Of a DNA stretch of 64,000 bases, positions 38,854 through 51,300 are shown in pieces. Both the position numbers and the translations under genes were made by a program. Position 1 is the first letter of the stretch, and the number at the start of each line of letters is the position of its first letter. This stretch comes from Tubulanus polymorphus. Taxonomy: Eukaryota > Animalia > Nemertea. The notes beneath the pieces are model-generated. The model had not been told where the DNA came from. It did no database searches and saw only the letters and a list, made by a program, of their open reading frames with translations. The stretch is from NCBI RefSeq assembly GCF_964204645.1, contig NC_134028.1, forward strand, positions 24,238,345-24,302,344, written 5' to 3'.

Positions 38854-41800
38854 ATGGCAGGTTTTCAACGATGCCAATCGATTTCTAGCAGTGAGGACAC
38901 TTTGGGGAAAGGTTACGAAGAAATAAAATCTACTTTCACTTTCTTCCGGGAAAATGGGCGTAAACTGGAAAAACTTTGTCGTGATACTAAGTGTATCTAT
39001 GAAGAAATCGAAAAAGATCTAAGGGGGGTTAGCTTTCGGAAATCCCTTTCAAATTACCTTTTACTGGAAGGAGAGGAGAAAAAAGTTGAGCAACTCAAAC
39101 ATAATCCGAGTCTGATTTTTGTCGGTAAGATTCTTCTTTCGCTTTCTTGACTAATATTAACAGGCTTTATTTCCTTCATTGGGCTCTTGGTTTGTTTACG
39201 ATTTACACGACATTCCTGTTTTAGGGCAAACCAAGGCTGGTAAAAGTTCGCTGATCAACGAACTGCTCGGCAAATCGCTGGTAACTTCGGATCAACGACC
39301 GTGCACCGCGCGACTCGTCAGGCTGACTTACGGCGATGTTGCGTTTCCGAAAATCACGATACTAAACCCCGATTCATCGGTGCACACACCGGCTGAACAG
39401 ATAAAAACCTCCCACGTTCCGACGGAATTCGTTAATTTACCGTTTGAAGAACGCGATAACGAGACGACCGTTCAAACTAGCGTACAAGTTGAAGTCAAAC
39501 ATCAGTTGCTGGAAGCCGGCGTAGATATCATCGATTCTCCGGGGAGGAATGAAAATAAAACGTTGGATAACCTCGTTACGCAACAGATGGATTCAATACT
39601 GCCGTTAGTGATGTATGTAATTGATGGCAGAAACTGCTTGACAAGTTCGGTAAAATATCAGTTACATTTTCATTTACATCACTGGATAATTGTACAATAG
39701 AACCAATAACAGCAACTGTTGACTCCATCCAACAGTAGTCAGAAAATTTTTAAAAAACTGGGGAATTGGAAATTTGTGAATTTGATAGATTTTTCATTAA
39801 GCTGGAGGATATTTTTGAAATTTTAACATGCTTCACATAGCATATGCCCAGGGTGAATTTTGTCAGCAATCTTTCTTGAAAATCACCTTTATCGACAACT
39901 TGTCCCCATTAAAATGTTGACATCCCTGTAGTATGATCCTATCTGGCCTACTAGGGCTAGTTTCGTGAAAGGTCAAATTCAAATTTTCTGGTGTAGGCCT
40001 ATTGGTTTCTTCACATTTTCGATTCGGAAAACAATTCAAACTTAACTATTTTGAGCTTGAACTTTTTCCAGAAACTGATTTTTAAATCCATCGTATTTCA
40101 TATTTACAGGACATTCAAGATATTCAAGCAATTATCGAAAAAACGTCGTCTTGCGAAAATGTGTTTTTCATCGTGAATAAGATCGACCCTCAGCCGAAAC
40201 GCGGGACAAGTTCTTCCGACGAGACCGATTCCGATGAAACGGACGACGACAGCGAATCCGAAGACGACATCATCAAACGAGAGCAAGGCATCAAAGCAAA
40301 AATATTCAATAAGCTCGTCCGTGCCAAATTCATCAACAAAAAATATGAAAATAAAATGGATGATTGTCCGAATTTCCACGCTTTATCGTCATGGGAAGTG
40401 AAGACATACCGAAGAACCTACCAAAAAAATCCAGCGATGGCTGAAAAAACACGTTACGTAGATCATTTCTACCGATTTCAGAAATGTTTGAATGACTACA
40501 TCAAAGAACAATTGGATCGAAAGATTAAGACAGCAATTGACGGCATTTTGATGTCCCACTGCAGATGTTTAGATTTTTTCATTCTGACCGCGAACGATAT
40601 CAGCAAAACGCAACGATCCGTCGAGAAGGATATGCTCGATTTCGCTAAACAAGAACAGAGTCTGTACAGGAATGCTACCGAAATGATTGACCAGCAAGCT
40701 TCGGATTTTAATAAGCTCCTGGTTGAAAGGATGGCCTTGAAAAACAACGATATTATCAGCGCAGTTGGGCAGTACGAATACCAAGAGGAAGAGCTGAAGG
40801 TGACGATTACCAGAGATAAAAGAATTAAAGATTCAGAGTTTGTAGACCGCTGTAAACGTAAGATCGTTGAAGTAACGCAAAGATATCTCAGCGAAGAGAT
40901 CACCAATCTTTTAGTAGAAAAGTTTAATCAAGGGGACATGCTATTGTCGGAATTAGCTTCACGCGTAGAGGCACTAGGGAGTGACGATGGGTATCAAGGC
41001 GCGGCTCGAGTCCTGAGGAAAACGCTCATAGAGTGTTACCAGTTCGATTTAGTTGGCAGAGAGTTTAAAAAGAATATATTGCAAAAAGCGTGGAGTGCCG
41101 TGGTACGATTTTTCAGCAGTATAGCGAGTTTATTCTCCCGAAGTGTTGCTGTTGGGGAGCCACGTTGGAAAGAATCAGTCGCGTCTGCAACTTTGAGTGA
41201 AGTCGACCACGCACAACTTACGAAATTTGTTCTCGAAGGAGTCAAGGAACATGTCACATTCGGACATAGTAAGTTTGAAAATGAAATGGCCAATCTGCAG
41301 CAGATTCATGAATCGAATTGCGCAATGGGTGAAGCGGAAAGGAAGAAGTTGACCAATCAAGCACCAACAGTTGCTCAGTTGCAGCTCGACGCTTTTGATC
41401 TGAATGATCGATTCACATACAACAATATCGTATTGTTAGAAACTATTGGAAAAGGCAGGTGTTTTCAAAGCATTCATATATAGAATTACTGCCCTATACT
41501 GCACTACACTTGAAGTTAATGATAATATTCCTTATCGTTCCGCGATTTTAGGGGCACAAGGCGTTGTATATGGTACCACAGTCAAAGGACCTGATGGCGA
41601 AGATTGCGCCGTGAAAGTCATCAAGTACCAAAGTAATCAAGATTTAGGCGATTTGGCACTTGAAATTCATTACACCAGGTAATATAGCAGAATCACTTGA
41701 ATTACAATGTATCATTGTTTTTTTGTAGCAGTTTCTAATTGTTTGCATGAATTTTCAGACAATTCAAGCACGAGAATATCATGCCTTTATATGCGTCAGT

Positions 41801-42914
41801 GCTGATGCCTAGAACGTCAGAGTTATACCTACTATCACCGCATATGGATGGCGATTTGATGCAGATGATACCAGGAATCAAAAGCCTTCGAGAACGGTTA
41901 GGAATCGCACTTCAAACAGCTAATGCGCTGAGCTATTTGCACAGCAGAGATATGAGCCACAGAGACATCAAATCATCGAACATCTTAGTAAGTATATCGA
42001 ATTCAGTAGATACCTTTTGTCAGTAACCGAACAATATGGTTTAGTTAGGCTAAAAAAAATTGATACCTTGTTTCTCCACTCTGCTGAGCTTAAATGTTGA
42101 CCCGGCCAGCCGCCTATCTACCCTATACATTACTTTTTAAAAAATTGTGATCAATTTTACCATAACAGACCCGGCCGCTATAGAAATGAACTGTTTACAA
42201 ATTTTATCATATTTTACAAAAATGACCCGGCCGCTGCGGAGAAACAAGGTATCATTTTTGTATAGCCTTATACAATATTTTCACGAATCATCGACTTATC
42301 TTTCACTCATCTCAGACCTATTCTGCTCATCATGGTTTGTCCGAGTTAGACGGAGTTTATTACCGCACTTATGCAGATACGATATTGATTAGATTATAAC
42401 CATTTTAAAAATTTCCACCACTCTAATACTAATAGCTAAAGTCCACTCTCTGTCTCCACTGTATTCCGGAAGTCTGAATAAATACTACAAAATATTTCAG
42501 ATTGCTAAACGGAGTAAGGGCTACAAGGCAATTATAACGGATTTCGGTTTGATGAAACCGGTCGGTTTACAGCAACATTCATTTGTTGGAACGCCGATTC
42601 ACATAGCTCCCGAAATCTTACAAGGAAAACATTACGATACGTCGGTCGACATCTTCTCGTTCGGGATATTGTTGTGGTATATCTGCGAAGGTAACGGTAA
42701 CAGACATCCCGAGTATGCCGATTATTGCCAAGGCGTTGGACCGATATTGATCGTGTCCGCCCAAGGTAAACGACCCGAAAGGAAAGATTATTTCACCGAA
42801 GATTGCTGGAGATTAATGACGAAATGCTGGGATCACAATCCGGTTGCTCGACCGAAAGCTGATGATGTCGTCACTGAGCTGAAAATGATTCGTGCCAAGC
42901 CATTACCATCTTAA
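38854..42914 (+). CDS. DSTYK-like protein: dynamin-like GTPase + helical region + protein kinase, copy 1, 936 aa
   Basis: Exons 38854-39124, 39225-39649, 40110-41454, 41552-41678, 41759-41987, 42501-42914; intron 3 is GC-AG. GTPase motifs GQTKAGKS, PCT, DSPG, NKID. Kinase motifs GKGAQGVVY, AVK, HRDIKSSN, DFG, APE. DLALEIHYTR and GTPIHIAPE...FGILLWYIC are DSTYK-like. Confidence 0.88.
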
Positions 42915-43022
42915 TTATATTAAGACTAATGTGTTATTAGGACTAATGAGTATTACAAATGATTCCAGATAATATGAGGGAATGATTTCAAATGGGGCCA
43001 GCCATTTATTAACTTTTTCCTA

Positions 43023-43180
43023 CAATGAAACTTGTTATAACGTCTTCGGATTTTACTATTTATAGGTAAGCACAAACCTAGCGTTTTGACCTGAATACAA
43101 CAAATTTAGTAATTTCATACTGGATATAAAATGAACATATTTTCTGGGCCTCTGAAGTTCATTGTGATGAAGTTTCACTG
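43023..43180. mobile_element. TA-flanked MITE (also at 52495-52652)
   Basis: TA|CAATGAAACTT...AAGTTTCACTG|TA. Confidence 0.55.
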
Positions 43181-43413
43181 TAGTGCCAAGGATGTGTATT
43201 GCATTCTTTATGTTAGAAAATAACTGCTGCTGAATTTACTATCAAAGTGCTGAAAATATTGAAGGACTGAATATGCTCATATTGTTTTACTAAAATATCC
43301 TAAGTCAAAGAAATAGTGTTGAATACATTCAATGTCATTGATTTTTATTGTTTGATAATGAAAAATACACAAGAAGTTAATATTTCTACAGTTTTTAGCA
43401 AGTTTAATTAGTA

Positions 43414-43584
43414 CAGCATACTCCGCTCGAATCGGACCTGATCAACTCAGATAACCACACAACTTAGGATGTTTGTTGAAATATTATCTTAAAAACTATT
43501 TACGAAATACATAACATCCAAGTCGGATGGAACTCAAGTCGGATACATTTTTACCAGAAGGTCCTACTTGCGCGGAGTCTACTG
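43414..43584. mobile_element. TA-flanked MITE (also at 52886-53056)
   Basis: TA|CAGCATACTCCGC...GCGGAGTCTACTG|TA; related to 24198-24352. Confidence 0.6.
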
Positions 43585-44198
43585 TAGAAATCATGTACAT
43601 TTTATTTTTGGTTACCGTACATCGATAATGAAAAATAAATTATTTTCATAAATCAGTTCTTCACGAGTGACACAATTAATGATGGGTTTTGTGCCATTGA
43701 GAGGATGAACAGATCTTTTAATGGTGAAAAACGCTCATGAAATTCATATGCGAATTATGGTTCACCGCAGTAATGTACATGATTTATTTCTGAAACAACG
43801 TAAAATACAACACAAAAGAAATTACTCGACGATAACAATTTATAGTAAAACGGACACATCTTCAACCTACGAGATGAAACACTGAAAATTAAATGCAATC
43901 TGGTCGTCCATTCTCGAATTCAAAGACTATTTTAGGCCTCGTTTGATGAAATATGATATATATTTTTCATCACGATGGTGACTTTAAGAAGGCGTTATTC
44001 GAAAATGTTTTGCGCGAAATATAGTTGAGACAGGCACATCATCCATTTGTTACAATTCGGTAAAATTTTCTGTTCATCTCCTTCCCTACCACACAGACAT
44101 TTACAATCATTAGAACTTTCATGCCTACTTTTAAAGGAAGGAACCTTAAAAAACCCGAATCTCATGAACTTTGAACTGTCCCTCACGAGCTGAAAAAT

Positions 44199-44535
44199 TT
44201 ATTGTAAATTTTTGCTATCCTTCGTTGAATTTGTGGATTTTTGTTTTTCGTCGCTGTCTTTTTGTAACGAATAGAACATTTCGAGCGGTTTATTGACGCG
44301 CCAGTATTTCTCGTTGACCTGTTCGAGTTGTTTGTTTCCATTCAACGGCACGAAGGTTCCAGGGGATGTGGCTATAGCTATCGTATACTTCTGATCATCT
44401 GCTCGCGCGGTTCCTATAAGATACAATACGAATAATGACTGATTGAAGAACTGCCGGTAGATACCAATCTGGCTTGAGAAAATATTTGAATACCTGGTTC
44501 TCCTGATCTTTGGGCTTCTAAGGAAAGGCGCATTG
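44199..44535 (-). pseudogene. Duplicated 3' fragment of RING1/RNF2 (last exon plus part of exon 2)
   Basis: Matches 53671-54007. Broken in mid-exon 2 at 44535 by the satellite. Confidence 0.9.
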
Positions 44536-47500
44536 GTTTGTCAATCATTTAGACTTAGAAAAAAGGCAAATATTGTTTCAAAAAGCTCCTAAAATCACGC
44601 TGTCTTCTACATGGCGTGTCAAGCCCCAAACGGTCTGCAGAATAACTTCAATTGAGACATGGCGTGAGAGGACCCGATCGATTTTCCGTACAAACAAATG
44701 AATAATTGTCATTAATTATCATAAATATTCAAAGATTTATCATTCGCCGTGGATTGTCAGTCATTTAGACTCAGAAAAAAGGCAAATATTGTTTCAAAAA
44801 TAGCTCCTCAAATCACGCTGTCTTTCACATGGCGTGTCAGGCCCCAAATGTTCTGCAGCCAATATGGCGTGTCAGGCCCCAAACGGTCTGCAGAATAGCT
44901 TCAATTGAGACATGGCGTGAGAAGACCCGAACGATTTTCCGTACAAATAAATGAATAATTGTCATTGATTATCATAAATATTCAAAGATTTATCATTCTA
45001 CGTGGATTGTCAATCATTTAGACTCAGAACAAAAGGCAAATATTGTTTCAAAAAGCTCCTAAAATCACGCTGTCTTCTACATGGCGTGTCAAGCCCCAAA
45101 CGGTCTGCAGTCAATATGGCGTGTCAGGCCCCAAACGATTTTCCGTACAAACAAATGAATAATTGTCATTAATTATCATAAATATTCAAAGATTTATCAG
45201 TTTGTCAATCATTTAGACTTAGAAAAAAGGCAAATATTGTTTCAAAAAGCTCCTCGAATCACGCTGTCTTCTACATGGCGTGTCAGGCCCCAAATGTTCT
45301 GCAGTCAATATGGCGTGTCAGGCCCCAAACGGTCTGCAGAATAGCTTCAATTGAGACATGGCGTGAGAAGACCCGAATGATTTTCCGTACAAACTAATGA
45401 ATAATTGTCATTAATTATCATAAATATTCAAAGATTTATCATTATACATGGTTTGTCAATCATTTAGACTTAGAAAAAAAGGCAAATATTGTTTCAAAAA
45501 GCTCCTCAAATCACGCTGTCTTTCACATGGCGTGTCAGGCCCCAAATGTTCTGCAGTCAATATGGCGTGTCAGGCCCCAAACGGTCTGCAGAATAGCTTC
45601 AATTGAGACATGGCGTGAGAAGACCCGAACGATTTTCCGTACAAACAAATGAATAATTGTCACTAATTATCATAAATATTCAAAGATTTATCATTCTACA
45701 TGGTTTGTCAATCATTTAGACTTAGAAAAAAGGCAAATATTGTTTCAAAAAGCTCCTAAAATCACGCTGTCTTCTACATGGCGTGTCAAGCCCCAAACGG
45801 TCTGCAGAATAACTTCAATTGAGACATGGCGTGAGAGGACCCGATCGATTTTCCGTACAAACAAATGAATAATTGTCACTAATTATCATAAATATTCAAA
45901 GATTTATCATTCTACATGGTTTGTCAATCATTTAGACTTAGAAAAAAGGCAAATATTGTTTCAAAAAGCTCCTAAAATCACGCTGTCTTCTACATGGCGT
46001 GTCAAGCCCCAAACGGTCTGCAGAATAACTTCAATTGAGACATGGCGTGAGAGGACCCGATCGATTTTCCGTACAAACAAATGAATAATTGTCATTGATT
46101 ATCATAAATATTCAAAGATTTATCATTCTCCGTGGATTGTCAGTCATTTAGACTCAGAAAAAAGGCAAATATTGTTTCAAAAATAGCTCCTCAAATCACG
46201 CTGTCTTTCACATGGCGTGTCAGGCCCCAAATGTTCTGCAGCCAATATGGCGTGTCAGGCCCCAAACGGTCTGCAGAATAGCTTCAATTGAGACATGGCG
46301 TGAGAAGACCCGAACGATTTTCCGTACAAATAAATGAATAATTGTCATTGATTATCATAAATATTCAAAGATTTATCATTCTACGTGGATTGTCAATCAT
46401 TTAGACTCAGAACAAAAGGCAAATATTGTTTCAAAAAGCTCCTAAAATCACGCTGTCTTCTACATGGCGTGTCAAGCCCCAAACGGTCTGCAGTCAATAT
46501 GGCGTGTCAGGCCCCAAACGATTTTCCGTACAAACAAATGAATAATTGTCATTAATTATCATAAATATTCAAAGATTTATCAGTTTGTCAATCATTTAGA
46601 CTTAGAAAAAAGGCAAATATTGTTTCAAAAAGCTCCTCGAATCACGCTGTCTTCTACATGGCGTGTCAGGCCCCAAATGTTCTGCAGTCAATATGGCGTG
46701 TCAGGCCCCAAACGGTCTGCAGAATAGCTTCAATTGAAACATGGCGTGAGAAGACCCGAATGATTTTCCGTACAAACTAATGAATAATTGTCATTAATTA
46801 TCATAAATATTCAAAGATTTATCATTATACGTGGATTGTCAATCATTTAGACTTAGAAAAAAAGGCAAATATTGTTTCAAAAAGCTCCTCAAATCACGCT
46901 GTCTTCTACATGGCGTGTCAGGCCCCAAATGTTCTGCAGTCAATATGGCGTGTCAGGCCCCAAACGGTCTGCAGAATAGCTTCAATTGAGACATGGCGTG
47001 AGAAGACCCGAACGATTTTCCGTACAAACAAATGAATAATTGTCATTGATTATCATAAATATTCAAAGATTTATCATTCTACGTGGATTGTCAATCATTT
47101 AGACTCAGAACAAAAGGCAAATATTGTTTCAAAAAGCTCCTAAAATTACGCTGTCTTCTACATGGCGTGTCAGGCCCCAAACGGTCTGCAGAATAGCTTC
47201 AATTGAGACATGGCGTGAGAAGACCCGAACGATTTTTCCGTACAAACAAATGAATAATTGTCACTAATTGTCTTAAATGTTCAAAGATTAATCCTTCTAT
47301 ATGATTTGTCAATTATTTAGTCTTAGAAAAAAAGCAAATACTGTTACAAAAAGCTCCTAAAACCACGCTGTCTTCTACATGGCGTGTCAGGCCCCAAAGT
47401 GTTCTGCCGCCAATATGGCGTGAGAGTACGCGATCAGTTTTCTATGGAAGCAATTAATTGTCACTAATCATATCTTTAGTTTCAATTAGTTATATATTGT

Positions 47501-47700
47501 TCATAATCATAAAGTCTAAGAAAAAAAAACAAATACTGCTAGAAAAATCGCGATTTGTCTTCTATATGGCGTGTCAGGCCCCAAACGGTCTACAGAATAT
47601 AGCTTCAATTTACATGGCGTGAGAGGACCCGATCAGTTTTCCGTAGAAATAAATGAAAAATTGTGACTGATTATCTTAAATTAGTACAATAATCATTAAG
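44536..47700. repeat. Satellite of 196-253-bp monomers with a 1383-bp (6-monomer) higher-order repeat
   Basis: Core ATGGCGTGTCA(G/A)GCCCCAAA. Rare variants recur at +1383 (GCCAATATGG at 44858/46241; CTCGAATC at 45255/46638). Monomers decay after about 47280. Confidence 0.95.
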
Positions 47701-48254
47701 TCTTAGAAATAGGTTTATAAATCGTTGTTTCTATTTTGTTCATATGTAAAAATATACAAAATCGCTTATGTAAATGTAGCTGATGATCTCCTGATCGTCT
47801 CGCACCATAACGGAAACCTGTAAAAAACATATTCGAAGAATTTTACATAAAAATCTTTCGATATATATGCATCTGAATATAGTTATGAAGTAAAAACGGG
47901 ATATAATTTTCTTTCAAAGTGGTTGCACTGAACGGAATACTACAATATAACGTATAAGTACATATTATATTTAGACAATATTTAGTAAGTATATATTTAG
48001 ACAATAAGTAAAGAAAAAATAGAAATTCATTACACATTGACATACCGGTACTTGAAATTATCTCATTCAGGTTTTACACGTCGTATCGGACTTAAAAACG
48101 TGGTCCGTTCGACGCGAACATATATCTTCGTTCCGCGTGAATTATATATAGTCCGCATTTTACTCGGGGCTTGTGACGCCATGTCAGATATGGCGTGACA
48201 AGCCCCGGGGCTTGTGACGCCATGTTCTGCTGATTCTTAAGATTGACTTCACTC
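44536..48254. mobile_element. Left-truncated TIR element 2 (relative of element 1); right end ...CTTCACTC abuts duplication copy 2
   Basis: The reverse complement of the right end, GAGTGAAGTCAATCTTAAGAATCAGCAGAACATGGCGTCACAAGCC, aligns without gaps to the element 1 TIR (29/46 identical). Same subterminal hairpin layout at 48165-48223. Confidence 0.78.
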
Positions 48255-48329
48255 AATAAATTTAATAGGGGCGGGGTATACTACAAAGAGGAGCTTTTCT
48301 ACTTTTGTGGCTGATGTAACAAGCGGAAA

Positions 48330-51300
48330 ATGGCAGGTTTTCAACGAGGCCAATCGATTTCTAGCAGTGAGGACACTTTGGAGAAAGGTTACGAAGAAAT
48401 AAAATCTACTTTCACTTTCTTCCGGGAAAATGGGCGTAAACTGGAAAAACTTTGTCGTGATACTAAGTGTATCTATGAAGAAATCGAAAAAGATCTAAGG
48501 GGGGTTAGCTTTCGGAAATCCCTTTCAAATTACCTTTTACTGGAAGGAGAGGAGAAAAAAGTTGAGCAACTCAAACATAATCCGAGTCTGATTTTTGTCG
48601 GTAAGATTCTTCTTTCGCTTTCTTGACTAATATTAACAGGCTTTATTTCCTTCATTGGGCTCTTGGTTTGTTTACGATTTACACGACATTCCTGTTTTAG
48701 GGCAAACCAAGGCTGGTAAAAGTTCGCTGATCAACGAACTGCTCGGCAAATCGCTGGTAACTTCGGATCAACGACCGTGCACCGCGCGACTCGTCAGGCT
48801 GACTTACGGCGATGTTGCGTTTCCGAAAATCACGATACTAAACCCCGATTCATCGGTGCACACACCGGCTGAACAGATAAAAACCTCCCACGTTCCGACG
48901 GAATTCGTTAATTTACCGTTTGAAGAACGCGATAACGAGACGACCGTTCAAACTAGCGTACAAGTTGAAGTCAAACATCAGTTGCTGGAAGCCGGCGTAG
49001 ATATCATCGATTCTCCGGGGAGGAATGAAAATAAAACGTTGGATAACCTCGTTACGCAACAGATGGATTCAATACTGCCGTTAGTGATGTATGTAATTGA
49101 TGGCAGAAACTGCTTGACAAGTTCGGTAAAATATCAGTTACATTTTCATTTACATCACTGGATAATTGTACAATAGAACCAATAACAGCAACTGTTGACT
49201 CCAACAGTAGTCAGAAAATTTTTAAAAAACTGGGGAATTGGAAATTTGTGAATTTGATAGATTTTTCATTAAGCTGGAGGATATTTTTGAAATTTAAACA
49301 TGCTTCACATAGCATATGCCCAGGGTGAATTTTGTCAGCAATCTTTCTTGAAAATCACCTTTATCGACAACTTGTCCCCATTAAAATGTTGACATCCCTG
49401 TAGTATGATCCTATCTGGCCTACTAGGGCTAGTTTCGTGAAAGGTCAAATTCAAATTTTCTGGTGTAGGCCTATTGGTTTCTTCACATTTTCGATTCGGA
49501 AAACAATTCAAACTTAACTATTTTGAGCTTGAACTTTTTCCAGAAACTGATTTGTAAATCCATCGTATTTCATATTTACAGGACATTCAAGATATTCAAG
49601 CAATTATCGAAAAAACGTCGTCTTGCGAAAATGTGTTTTTCATCGTGAATAAGATCGACCCTCAGCCGAAACGCGGGACAAGTTCTTCCGACGAGACCGA
49701 TTCCGATGAAACGGACGACGACAGCGAATCCGAAGACGACATCATCAAACGAGAGCAAGGCATCAAAGCAAAAATATTCAATAAGCTCGTCCGTGCCAAA
49801 TTCATCAACAAAAAATATGAAAATAAAATGGATGATTGTCCGAATTTCCACGCTTTATCGTCATGGGAAGTGAAGACATACCGAAGAACCTACCAAAAAA
49901 ATCCAGCGATGGCTGAAAAAACACGTTACGTAGATCATTTCTACCGATTTCAGAAATGTTTGAATGACTACATCAAAGAACAATTGGATCGAAAGATTAA
50001 GACAGCAATTGACGGCATTTTGATGTCCCACTGCAGATGTTTAGATTTTTTCATTCTGACCGCGAACGATATCAGCAAAACGCAACGATCCGTCGAGAAG
50101 GATATGCTCGATTTCGCTAAACAAGAACAGAGTCTGTACAGGAATGCTGCCAAAATGATTGACCAGCAAGCTTCGGATTTTAATAAGCTCCTGGTTGAAA
50201 GGATGGCCTTGAAAAACAACGATATTATCAGCGCAGTTGGGCAGTACGAATACCAAGAGGAAGAGCTGAAGGTGACGATTACCAGAGATAAAAGAATTAA
50301 AGATTCAGAGTTTGTAGACCGCTGTAAACGTAAGATCGTTGAAGTAACGCAAAGATATCTCAGCGAAGAGATCACCAGTCTTTTAGTAGAAAAGTTTAAT
50401 CAAGGGGACATGCTATTGTCGGAATTAGCTTCACGCGTAGAGGCACTAGGGAGTGACGAAGGGTATCAAGGCGCTGCTCGAGTCCTGAGGAAAACGCTCA
50501 TAGAGTGTTACCAGTTCGATTTAGTTGGCAGAGAGTTTAAAAAGAATATATTCCAAAAAGCGTGGAGTGCCGTGGTACGATTTTTCAGCAGTATAGCGAG
50601 TTTATTCTCCGGAAGTGTTGCTGTTGGGGAGCCACGTTGGAAAGAATCAGTCGCGTCTGCAACTTTGAGTGAAGTCGATCACGCACAACTTACGAAATTT
50701 GTTCTCGAAGGAGTCAAGGAACATGTCACATTCGGACATAGTAAGTTTGAAGATGAAATGGCCAATCTGCAGCAGATTCATGAATCGAATTGCGCAATGG
50801 GTGAAGCGGAAAGGAAGAAGTTGACCAATCAAGCACCAACAGTTGCTCAGTTGCAGCTCGACGCTTTTGATCTGAATGATCGATTCACATACAACAATAT
50901 CGTATTGTTAGAAACTATTGGAAAAGGCAGGTGTTTTCAAAGCATTCATATGTAGAATTACTGCCCTATACTGCACTACACTTGAAGTTAATGATAATAT
51001 TCCTTATCGTTCCGCGATTTTAGGGGCACAAGGCGTTGTATATGGTACCACAGTCAAAGGACCTGATGGCGAAGATTGCGCCGTGAAAGTCATCAAGTAC
51101 CAAAGTAATCAAGATTTAGGCGATTTGGCACTTGAAATTCATTACACCAGGTAATATAGCAGAATCACTTGAATTACAATGTATCATTGTTTTTTTGTAG
51201 CAGTTTCTAATTGTTTGCATGAATTTTCAGACAATTCAAGCACGAGAATATCATGCCTTTATATGCGTCAGTGCTGATGCCTAGAACGTCAGAGTTATAC

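Larger units (their letters stand above)
38779..44535 (+). repeat. 5.75-kb direct duplication, copy 1 (copy 2 is 48255-54007)
   Basis: Both copies start AATAAATTTAATAGGGGCGGGG and end AAGGCGCATTG. They differ by one 4-bp indel and roughly 30 substitutions by eye. Confidence 0.97.
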
